A stretch of 27,812 nucleotides of DNA, taken from the NCBI GenBank assembly GCA_043803945.1, contig JAZDJN010000117.1, positions 1 to 27,812 of the forward strand, given 5' to 3'. Positions within the stretch are counted from its first letter, which is position 1, and every line of letters begins with the position of its first letter. The translations under genes and the position numbers were made by a program. Under the pieces are notes generated by a model. That model had not been told where the DNA came from. It was given only the letters and a program-made list of their open reading frames with translations, and ran no database searches. Positions 16,815 through 25,034 of the stretch are shown piece by piece. Source of the stretch: a bacterium. GTDB lineage: Bacteria; Bacteroidota; Ignavibacteria; UBA10030.

Positions 16815-17297
16815 ATGAAATCGACATTTCGTTCACGCATTCCATGGCGTGAGAAGATGAACAGACCGCAAGAACCTCAGATCATCGAAATCACTCCGGC
16901 TATGCAGCAGCGATTCGGTACAGGTACAATGCTGATACCAACGCCGCGACTCATCGACGATTTGATAAAGAAAACACCCAAAGGCAAACTGCTGACCATC
17001 GGCGAGATTCGTAGACGGCTGGCGAAGGACTTTAAGGTCAATACCGTCTGTCCACTCACTACCGGCATTTTCATACGTATCGCAGCAGAGGCTGCAAACG
17101 AGGAGTTGATGGAGGGGAAAAAACGAGTGACTCCCTTCTGGCGTTTGATACGCAACGATGAAAGCTTACTGGAGAAAAATCCGGGTGGCATCGCAGGCCA
17201 GGCGAAGATGTTAAAAAACGAAAGCCACGAGATAATTTCCACCAAAGGAAAAAAGCTCCGGGTGAGTGAATTCGAAAAAAAACTAACGACACTGTAA
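16815..17297 (+). CDS. MGMT-family DNA-binding / alkyltransferase-like protein
   Basis: PKGKLLTIGEIR, CPLTTGIF, TPFWRLI at the PCHRV position, and QAKMLKNESH. Confidence 0.75.
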   Translation: MKSTFRSRIPWREKMNRPQEPQIIEITPAMQQRFGTGTMLIPTPRLIDDLIKKTPKGKLLTIGEIRRRLAKDFKVNTVCPLTTGIFIRIAAEAANEELMEGKKRVTPFWRLIRNDESLLEKNPGGIAGQAKMLKNESHEIISTKGKKLRVSEFEKKLTTL

Positions 17298-17315
17298 CTG
17301 ACGTATTCAACCAAC

Positions 17316-17384
17316 TGCAGTGAGTATCAGTGTTCCGATTATGACAAAAGATAGGACACTGAACACGCAGAAGAGACACAGATT
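17316..17384. repeat. Imperfect inverted repeat between convergent genes (REP-like, possible bidirectional terminator)
   Basis: CTGCAGTGAGTATCAGTGTTCC pairs imperfectly with GGACACTGAACACGCAG, followed by ACACAGATT. Confidence 0.45.
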
Positions 17385-17401
17385 ACCTGCTTATGTTGCA
17401 T

Positions 17402-18559
17402 TCAATATTGGACTTGAACGAAATTGATTACTTGATTCTGAAAAGCGTATTCATAGTATAATATTGGCATGGCAAGATTTCTCATGTTGAAATCATTGAA
17501 CGCGTCACGAATCTCCTGCCAAAATGAAGTTGTACACATATTCAGTTCGAATTTCTTTCTTTTAAGTCTATTGCTCCCAGTGTTCGGAATTTCAGATGCG
17601 ACCACGATAGGTTGAATGTTAGCATTAATCGCGCCTTGTATATATTGGCTCGTCCAATTTACATACTTGAAAAGCTGGCGTGTGATGCTTGGACTTACTT
17701 GTTCATCTTTGAGTTCAATAATTCGATGCTGTCGAATATTACGTGGTAGATTCAATAAGGAAAAAACATCGATACTACGCATTCCAACTCCACACTTTAC
17801 TTCATTACCAAGCCAAATAATTTGATTGGCTGGTCCTGTGATTGCATCAAGTGTAGCATTAACACTAAGTCCAGCATTCTCAGTAAAATAGCCCTGTAGA
17901 TAAACCTCGAACGCTCTTCCTGCGCGTGCAAGTCTTAGTGCTTCCGGAAGTATTAGCGATGTAGGGTTAGTATGTCCTCCATAAGCATGCCTGCCATTTG
18001 GAACAACTCGGATTTCCTGTGCTGCAGGATCGTAGGTGAATCCGTCAGTATTGGTGTATGTAGTGAGGTGTCCATTATTTGCCCTCTGAATCATGTCCAT
18101 CAAACGATTAGATTCTTCAAGGGTCAATGGAGTGCAACCTCTTTGACCTTTCAGCTTCCTGTAGATTAAGCTCCATAATATTTCTTTTGCATAAATCGGC
18201 AAATCATCAAGCGCCTGATATTCAACGACTCCTTTCGCATAAACATCAGTTGGTTCAAGACGGACTCGGTAAATTAATTTCTTCCCAAGTTGTTGTTCCA
18301 AATAAGTTGGATTACCGTTGTCATGAACAACAAGTGGGTAGAGGTCAGCGACTTTGAATGCGCCGAAAAATCCCCCATCTATGCCAGCGCTTTCTTTTGT
18401 CTCCAAGTAAAAAATAACACGATCCCCTGGTCTGATTCTCTTGATGTCAGCCAACAATCCTGCATGATCATCAGCATCTGCTGCACCAGTTCCAGCAAAA
18501 AGATATTGCAGATGTATCGGAAAGGAACTTTCATTGACAATAAAGACATGTGTTTTCAT
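17402..18559 (-). CDS. Putative restriction endonuclease: EVE/PUA-like N-terminal domain plus NucS-like PD-(D/E)xK domain
   Basis: N-terminus ADIKRIRPGDRVIFYLE...FFGAFKV...YRVRLEP fits an EVE/PUA pattern. C-terminus FEVYLQGYF...NEV...SIDVF...IIELKD...RQLFKYVNW fits E...D...ExK...QxxxY. ATGA overlap with the upstream MTase. Confidence 0.72.
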   Translation of the reverse strand: MKTHVFIVNESSFPIHLQYLFAGTGAADADDHAGLLADIKRIRPGDRVIFYLETKESAGIDGGFFGAFKVADLYPLVVHDNGNPTYLEQQLGKKLIYRVRLEPTDVYAKGVVEYQALDDLPIYAKEILWSLIYRKLKGQRGCTPLTLEESNRLMDMIQRANNGHLTTYTNTDGFTYDPAAQEIRVVPNGRHAYGGHTNPTSLILPEALRLARAGRAFEVYLQGYFTENAGLSVNATLDAITGPANQIIWLGNEVKCGVGMRSIDVFSLLNLPRNIRQHRIIELKDEQVSPSITRQLFKYVNWTSQYIQGAINANIQPIVVASEIPNTGSNRLKRKKFELNMCTTSFWQEIRDAFNDFNMRNLAMPILYYEYAFQNQVINFVQVQY

Positions 18560-19689
18560 CTCGAAACCTTTTTAAAAAGCAGTATGTATTCGTGTTTGAA
18601 AATGTAGAATCCACCAACGAGCGCACGATATCGCCATAGTTCTTTCTGGTTACGTTTTGCAAGCGTTTCTTCAAAGTTTTTTACTATGATACCTTTGAGT
18701 ATATAACCATGCTTTAAAACTTCGTTCATTAGCATGAAACCTAAAGGGATCCATTCGCCTTTGGAATACTTGTCTCCTATTACAACTGCTAAGTAGCGAC
18801 CTTTTTCTAGCACGGGGAAAGTGTTGGAAACCACTTTTCCAAACATCTCAATAAAAGCTTCAGTTGATCCTGCATTCGAAAGATCTTTTGGATCCTTGCT
18901 GAATTTGATGATATCGTAATAGGGGGGATGCAGTATTAAAAGTTGCGCAGACTTCGCTCCGTGCGTCCTTAACAACTTTACAAAGTCAACTTCTGTGCTA
19001 TCCCCAACCTCAATGATAGTTTTTACTTTTTCGGCACTGTGATTTGTTGGGAAAGACTCTGAGAATAAATCCTCAGTCGCCGATCGCCATCCCATTTTTA
19101 GCAAACCTGTGGCTTTTAATGCAATCTCTGGTTGAAGTTCAACTCCTAAGCCATTTCTACCCAACCGTTGACACTCCAAGAGAGTGGTTCCACTTCCAGC
19201 AAAAGGATCAATCACCCAATCATCTTTTTTGGTATAACGAAGCATAAGCTGATGCGGGATCTGAGGGATGAAATTACCCCAATACCAAGAAGAATGCGGA
19301 CCGGAAGTATCTCTCTTCTGAAGTATCCAAAGGCTGTCGGTGAGAATGTTATCATATTCTTTCCAACGATTCAGATTGATTTCGTTAATCTTGGATGTTT
19401 TCGTTTCGGATATCGCTTTTACAAGTCTTGATAGATAATATTTTGCCCGCTCAATTGTCTGGGTTTTCTCTATTTGCTGAATTTCTTTGACTAAATATTT
19501 CTGCGAAATGGAAAAGGCCTCTCCATTTGTATCGATGTTCAGGACACCATCCACGTCATCTGTTGTCGAAGAGATGTCTTCTCTCAATTGAAAGAGTTGT
19601 TTACGCAATGTTGGTAAATCTTGAGTGGACGACATTTCTGAAAGCAGTTCTATCATCTTAGGCTTGTTGATTATTACTTCACTTTCCAT
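18556..19689 (-). CDS. N4-cytosine/N6-adenine DNA methyltransferase, permuted motif order, HPPY catalytic motif
   Basis: GNFIPQIP..LMLRYTKKDDWVIDPFAGSGTT (motifs X and I) precede LILHPPYYDII (motif IV, 18919-18930). Start moved to ATG 19689. Confidence 0.88.
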   Translation of the reverse strand: MESEVIINKPKMIELLSEMSSTQDLPTLRKQLFQLREDISSTTDDVDGVLNIDTNGEAFSISQKYLVKEIQQIEKTQTIERAKYYLSRLVKAISETKTSKINEINLNRWKEYDNILTDSLWILQKRDTSGPHSSWYWGNFIPQIPHQLMLRYTKKDDWVIDPFAGSGTTLLECQRLGRNGLGVELQPEIALKATGLLKMGWRSATEDLFSESFPTNHSAEKVKTIIEVGDSTEVDFVKLLRTHGAKSAQLLILHPPYYDIIKFSKDPKDLSNAGSTEAFIEMFGKVVSNTFPVLEKGRYLAVVIGDKYSKGEWIPLGFMLMNEVLKHGYILKGIIVKNFEETLAKRNQKELWRYRALVGGFYIFKHEYILLFKKVSR

Positions 19690-19952
19690 CTTATTCAATG
19701 TCGGGTTTAGTTTGTAGTTCGTTTTCCTAATCAATATATGAAATCGTGATAGCGTAAGCAAAATTGTGTATGTCAATCCCGAGTATAGATCCAGCAATCC
19801 CAGTCTTTGTTTCTGAAGAAATCGATTCCCATGGGTGAGAGCAAAAACTGAGCATGCAATGCCACCTCATTTTCTCCATTGCGCTTCAGTTTCTCTGTGC
19901 GTAGATTTCAGCCGTGGCAGTAAACCTGTTCTGTTTGCTAATCTGAACTGCA

Positions 19953-20087
19953 ATGAACGAATATCTCCTTACAGCAAGAATCCAGATCCCTTTGCCAAGG
20001 CCGCTGGTGCAACGACAATTGAACAGAATATTCGCCTATCGTAAAGAAGCTGTTGAACGTATTCTCCTCAGGAAGGAATCACACTGA
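19953..20087 (+). pseudogene. Internally deleted SRPBCC-like gene remnant (44 codons)
   Basis: Hand translation MNEYLLTARIQIPLPRPLVQRQLNRIFAYRKEAVERILLRKESH*. Resembles the N-terminal strand joined directly to the C-terminal helix (L-x-x-IF-x-YR) of SRPBCC proteins. Stop lies 1 nt before the creatininase ATG. Confidence 0.55.
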
Positions 20088-20088
20088 A

Positions 20089-20862
20089 ATGGCTGAGCCA
20101 TCACGACCATATCTCCTGCTCGAAACAAATTGGAAAACAATTCAAACCACTCACTATGAAGCTGCGGTACTGCCATGGGGAGCTACCGAACCGCATAACT
20201 ATCACCTCCCTTTCGGGACAGACATTCTTGAAGCAACAGCCATCGCCGCGGAGGCAGCGCGCATCGCATGGGAAGCCGGTGCAAAAATAATCGTCCTCCC
20301 TACCATTCCCTTCGGTGTCAACACCGGCCAGATCGATCTCAAGCTCACAATCAATATGAATCCAAGCACCCAGTTCATCGTGCTTCGCGACGTCGTCGAT
20401 TCGCTGAACAGACAAGGCATTCATAAACTCATCATTTTCAACAGCCATGGGGGAAATGATTTCCGGCAGATGATCCGCGAACTGCAGCCGATCTTTCCTG
20501 CAATGTTGATCTGTGTTATCAACTGGTGGCAGATCATCACGCAAAAAGATTTTTTTGAAGAACCAGATGACCATGCGGGTGAAATGGAGACAAGCGTTAT
20601 GCTCTCGCTGGCACCGTCTCTCGTGCTGCCGCTGTCAGAAGCCGGCGACGGAACGACGAAAGGATTTACGCTGAAGGCGCTGAAAGAAAAATGGGCATGG
20701 TCTCCCCGCGAATGGCGGAAAGTAACGGAAGACACCGGTGCGGGAAATCCCAGGAAGGCCACACAGGAAAAGGGAGAGCGCTATTTAAAAGCAGTGACAT
20801 TAAAAGTTGCGGATTTTCTTATAGAACTCTCAAAATCTGAACTCGATAGACTCTATGCATGA
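20089..20862 (+). CDS. Creatininase / creatinine amidohydrolase family protein
   Basis: LPWGATEPHNYHLPFGTD, NSHGGN and DHAGEMETS metal-binding motifs. Start at ATG 20089. Confidence 0.92.
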   Translation: MAEPSRPYLLLETNWKTIQTTHYEAAVLPWGATEPHNYHLPFGTDILEATAIAAEAARIAWEAGAKIIVLPTIPFGVNTGQIDLKLTINMNPSTQFIVLRDVVDSLNRQGIHKLIIFNSHGGNDFRQMIRELQPIFPAMLICVINWWQIITQKDFFEEPDDHAGEMETSVMLSLAPSLVLPLSEAGDGTTKGFTLKALKEKWAWSPREWRKVTEDTGAGNPRKATQEKGERYLKAVTLKVADFLIELSKSELDRLYA

Positions 20863-20895
20863 AATAGGATAATGAAACTTGATGAATGACTAAAT

Positions 20896-21987
20896 ATGGA
20901 GCATAAATCTATCCTTAAAAAGATTGTCACTAGTCCTACCTGGTCTGTTTTGAGTGTGATCCTTGCATTGGTTTTTTTCTTTTGGGATAATATTTATAAT
21001 CCATTTGATTTTAGGATGCTAATCGATGCTGAATTCACATTGATTGATGTAAAGGAACGAGTGAACGATTTAAAAATTCTTTATAAAGATTATGATTTGA
21101 TAGAGAGCAATAAGGAGATACGAGTTGTTACACTTACCATGTATAATAAAGGAAAAAATATTTTACAGGAAAGCTACGATCAACAACAACCATTCGGTCT
21201 GAAATTGAATGCAGGGATATTTCTTGGCTATGATGTTGTCAACTCCAATTCGGATTATCTAAACAATAATATTTTAGCCTATCAAAATATTAGTATTACC
21301 ACCAAGAAAGCAGACACTCATTCATCGTCCAAATCATCAGAACCAGATTCAACTATATTATATCTATCGAAATTAATATTTGAGAAAGAAAAATTTGTAA
21401 CATTGAAATTATATGTTTTGCGTCAAAGGGATTCAAGTCTTATTGAATTGACACCAATTGGAAAAATTGCAAATATCGAAAAGTTAGAAATTAGCAGGAA
21501 TCGGAGCGAAGAAAAAACCACAAATGACTTTTTTAAAAATTACTTAATTATCGCTATTCTACTTTATATGTTTATCAGCCCCATAATATTACGGGTTCGA
21601 TCGAGTAGAAAACAAAAGATTAAGGTTAATAAAATCCATTCCTATATAAGTGAAAATCCCAATCTATCAATAGAACAACTTAGGATAATCCGTATCTATG
21701 AAAACAATTGGAGTTGGAGATACACCGAAATAATTCAATCTTTATTATCTGGCGAAAAAGTAATCGATCTAAGAGACTATATAAAACCTGAGTTGGTAAG
21801 ACTTTTTAAAATACATCGAATATTTACAAACTTTGCACTTTACATCCGCAGGATTGAATTTGCTTACTTACCAGCGGAAGTCTTCACGGTTTCAAATACA
21901 ATGGTATCCATAAACAAAAAGCATCGAGAATTTCTTATGCATTTTTTCAAAGAAATGGACCTGATTCCAAATAAAGAAACTGAATAA
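20896..21987 (+). CDS. Hypothetical membrane protein (TM, beta-rich soluble domain, TM, helical tail)
   Basis: 363 aa with hydrophobic segments WSVLSVILALVFFFW and YLIIAILLYMFISPIIL. Visibly much more AT-rich than its neighbours. Confidence 0.75.
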   Translation: MEHKSILKKIVTSPTWSVLSVILALVFFFWDNIYNPFDFRMLIDAEFTLIDVKERVNDLKILYKDYDLIESNKEIRVVTLTMYNKGKNILQESYDQQQPFGLKLNAGIFLGYDVVNSNSDYLNNNILAYQNISITTKKADTHSSSKSSEPDSTILYLSKLIFEKEKFVTLKLYVLRQRDSSLIELTPIGKIANIEKLEISRNRSEEKTTNDFFKNYLIIAILLYMFISPIILRVRSSRKQKIKVNKIHSYISENPNLSIEQLRIIRIYENNWSWRYTEIIQSLLSGEKVIDLRDYIKPELVRLFKIHRIFTNFALYIRRIEFAYLPAEVFTVSNTMVSINKKHREFLMHFFKEMDLIPNKETE

Positions 21988-22021
21988 TTTCCTGACAAGA
22001 ACACATTTATGCGAGGAATGT

Positions 22022-22933
22022 ATGTATCAAAATTATAAATTGACCACTGGCTTTTTATTCTTAATTGCTTTTATAACACAAACGCTTAACGCACAGCTTT
22101 CCGAGACTGCCGCGTGGCTGGCCGACCTCAATAACAAATATCGGATCGTTCCGGATCTTGTTTATTCCACAGCAAGCAACTATGAGTGTAAACTGGATCT
22201 CTACTTACCGCGCGTTCTCAGCACACCGAATACGACGGTGATGTTTATTCACGGCGGCGGGTGGGTCGGCGGAACAAAAGAAGGTGCAATCCTCGCGGCG
22301 CTTCCTTATCTTGAAATGGGTTTTTCTGTGGTGAATGTTGAATACCGTCTTGCGCGTGTTGCTCTCGCTCCCGCGGCGGTTGAAGATTGCCGGCTTGCCC
22401 TGCGCTGGATTTTCACCCATGCGAAAGAGTACAGTTTCGATACCACAAAAGTGATTGTCACCGGAGGATCGGCTGGCGGCCATCTTGCATTGATGACCGG
22501 GATGCTGCATGGCAATGCCGGATTTGACTTCCCGAAGGAATGGGAAGGTCAAGCGGTCGAGCCCAAAGTCGCTGCAATTATTAATTGGTACGGCATCATC
22601 GATGTAAACGACCTGATGGCTTCGACTGTGAAACCGAACTATGCACTGTACTGGATGAGCAGTCTGCCAAACCGTGATGAGATTGCAAAGAGGGTGTCGC
22701 CCCTGACCTATGTGAGAAAAGGATTGCCTCCAATTCTCACTATCCACGGTGATAAGGATCAACTCGTCCCTTATCATCAGGCCGTCCGGCTGCACGAGGG
22801 ATTAGCGAAAGCGGGAGTTCCGAATGAATTCCTCACCATTCCTGGCGGAAACCACGGCGGATTCACCCGCGAGGAGACGATCAAAATCTATGAAACGATT
22901 CGCGGCTTTCTGAAGAAACATCACCTGTTCTAA
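22022..22933 (+). CDS. Secreted alpha/beta-hydrolase (HSL-like / BD-FAE-type esterase)
   Basis: Signal peptide, HGGGW oxyanion motif, GGSAGG nucleophile, IHGDKDQLVP and GGNHG. Confidence 0.9.
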   Translation: MYQNYKLTTGFLFLIAFITQTLNAQLSETAAWLADLNNKYRIVPDLVYSTASNYECKLDLYLPRVLSTPNTTVMFIHGGGWVGGTKEGAILAALPYLEMGFSVVNVEYRLARVALAPAAVEDCRLALRWIFTHAKEYSFDTTKVIVTGGSAGGHLALMTGMLHGNAGFDFPKEWEGQAVEPKVAAIINWYGIIDVNDLMASTVKPNYALYWMSSLPNRDEIAKRVSPLTYVRKGLPPILTIHGDKDQLVPYHQAVRLHEGLAKAGVPNEFLTIPGGNHGGFTREETIKIYETIRGFLKKHHLF

Positions 22934-23027
22934 TTTATGTAGCTTCAACTCACTTGCTCAGGTTACGCATAAATATAAAATGAGACTCTTTGAAATACTT
23001 TGACATCTTACTGCTAAGGAGAATCTT

Positions 23028-24671
23028 ATGTCAGCACTGACAGAATCCCAGGCTTGGAAAGCATTACAGCAGCATCACACCGAGGTTGAACATCTTCAGA
23101 TGCGCGATCTCTTTGCCGCAGATCCGAGTCGTTTTCAGCAATTCTCCCTTCGATGGAACGATCTGCTTCTGGATTATTCCAAGAATCGAATCACAGCCCA
23201 GACACTCAAGCTTCTCATTGCACTCGCCGAGCAGGCCAATGTCAAAGGATGGATTGGGAAGATGTTCAATGGCGAGAAAATTAATTTTACAGAAAACCGC
23301 GCCGTGCTCCACTATGCTTTGCGCAATCGTTCCAACCGGCCGATTCTCATCGATGGGAAAGATATTATGCCTGACGTCAATGCAGTGCTTGGCCATGTAC
23401 GGGAATTCTCCGAGTCGGTCCGCAATGGTGCGTGGAAAGGGTACACCGGAAAACCAATGACCGATATCGTGAATATCGGCATTGGCGGTTCGGATCTTGG
23501 ACCGTTGATGGTAACGGAGGCATTGAAACCATACGCCCACCCCCATTTGCGAATGCATTATGTTTCAAATGTCGACGGAACGCATATCGCAGAGACGTTG
23601 AAAAAACTGAATCCGGAAACAGCCCTCTTCATCATCTCCTCCAAAACATTTACAACCCAGGAGACCATTACCAATGCCCTCTCAGCGAAGGAGTGGTTCC
23701 TGAAACAATCCAACGATCAAGCTGCGATTGCGAAGCATTTCGTTGCTGTTTCGACCAACGTGAAGGAGGCAACGGCATTTGGTATTGATCCGAAGAACAT
23801 GTTCGGATTTTGGGATTGGGTTGGCGGGCGGTATTCCCTCTGGTCGGCTATCGGACTCTCCATCGCTCTGGCCGTTGGGATGGAGAACTTTGAGGAGCTG
23901 CTAACCGGTGCCCATGAGATGGATGAGCACTTGCGATCGGCACCGTACGAGAAGAATATCCCGGTGCTGCTTGCCCTCCTTGGCATTTGGTACAATAATT
24001 TCTTCGGCGCCGAGTCGCACGCTATCATCCCGTATGATCAATATATGCACCGCTTCACCGCCTATTTGCAGCAGGGTGATATGGAGAGCAATGGCAAGTT
24101 CGTCACCAGAAACGGTGAGGCCGTTGATTATTCGACAGGGCCGGTCATCTGGGGCGAACCGGGCACCAACGGACAGCATGCATTTTTTCAACTGATCCAT
24201 CAAGGCACCAAGCTCATCCCGGTCGATTTTCTTGCACCGGTTCAAACGCACAATCCAATCGGGGAACATCACCAGATTCTGCTCTCGAACTTCTTCGCCC
24301 AGACGGAAGCCTTGATGAAGGGCAAATCGAAGGAGGAAGCCCGTAAGGAGCTCGAATCGAGTGGAATGCCGGGCGAAGAAATTGAAGCACTGCTTCCGCA
24401 TAAAGTATTCAAAGGAAACCGTCCAACGAATTCCATTATGTTCAAGAAGCTTACGCCGCGCGTGCTGGGTTCCTTAGTGGCAATGTATGAGCAAAAGATA
24501 TTTGTCCAGGGAATTATCTGGAATATCAATTCCTTCGATCAATGGGGAGTGGAACTGGGAAAGCAGCTTGCCAAGAAGATTTTCCCCGAACTCTCCGGAC
24601 CAGGTACGGTAAGCTCTCATGATTCATCAACGAACGGACTGATCAATTACTGTAAGGCAGAATGTTCGTGA
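23028..24671 (+). CDS. pgi: Glucose-6-phosphate isomerase
   Basis: [31 protein letters not shown] and [19 protein letters not shown] upstream. Confidence 0.98.
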   Translation: MSALTESQAWKALQQHHTEVEHLQMRDLFAADPSRFQQFSLRWNDLLLDYSKNRITAQTLKLLIALAEQANVKGWIGKMFNGEKINFTENRAVLHYALRNRSNRPILIDGKDIMPDVNAVLGHVREFSESVRNGAWKGYTGKPMTDIVNIGIGGSDLGPLMVTEALKPYAHPHLRMHYVSNVDGTHIAETLKKLNPETALFIISSKTFTTQETITNALSAKEWFLKQSNDQAAIAKHFVAVSTNVKEATAFGIDPKNMFGFWDWVGGRYSLWSAIGLSIALAVGMENFEELLTGAHEMDEHLRSAPYEKNIPVLLALLGIWYNNFFGAESHAIIPYDQYMHRFTAYLQQGDMESNGKFVTRNGEAVDYSTGPVIWGEPGTNGQHAFFQLIHQGTKLIPVDFLAPVQTHNPIGEHHQILLSNFFAQTEALMKGKSKEEARKELESSGMPGEEIEALLPHKVFKGNRPTNSIMFKKLTPRVLGSLVAMYEQKIFVQGIIWNINSFDQWGVELGKQLAKKIFPELSGPGTVSSHDSSTNGLINYCKAECS

Positions 24672-24766
24672 TGAGGCTTATTCGAGCCACCGAAGCGGGA
24701 ATCCTAAGTGCCGAACGGGCGTTACGATAGCAAGAGGATAGTGCTTCGGAAAATTGACGAGAGCTC

Positions 24767-24874
24767 ATGCGGAACAATCTAAGATATATTGGTATCGCTG
24801 CGGTTGTGATTGTTGCAGGAATGCAATTCGTTCACACTTATCTGGTTTTTCTCCCGAAACTTTTGTACTCTTAG
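24767..24874 (+). pseudogene. 35-codon hydrophobic ORF, possibly an N-terminal gene remnant or small membrane peptide
   Basis: MRNNLRYIGIAAVVIVAGMQFVHTYLVFLPKLLYS*, a signal-anchor-like sequence ending in QFV. Confidence 0.3.
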
Positions 24875-25034
24875 CACGCAATTTGTCTTGCTGATCTAAC
24901 AAGAAGGTGAAGAGCATGGATAAAGGCGTCGCTTTCTGGTTCACCCATAGTCGATTTTACCCGCGAGCACAGCACCACCGCTTCCCGCACGACCGGCATT
25001 GTAATCTCACTGCACTGGAGAAAGGATCAGTTAC

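Noticed and set aside
19690-19797. N-terminal extension of the HPPY MTase from a TTG start
   Set aside because: The sequence looks like AT-rich promoter DNA, and ATG 19689 is more plausible.
19835-20044. 69-aa ORF from the track
   Set aside because: No recognisable features. The overlapping frame 19953-20087 explains the region better.
24690-24749. CCGAAGC...GCTTCGG inverted repeat after pgi as a riboswitch or ncRNA
   Set aside because: Only a 7-bp stem and no recognisable conserved RNA motif. An Rfam search would be needed.
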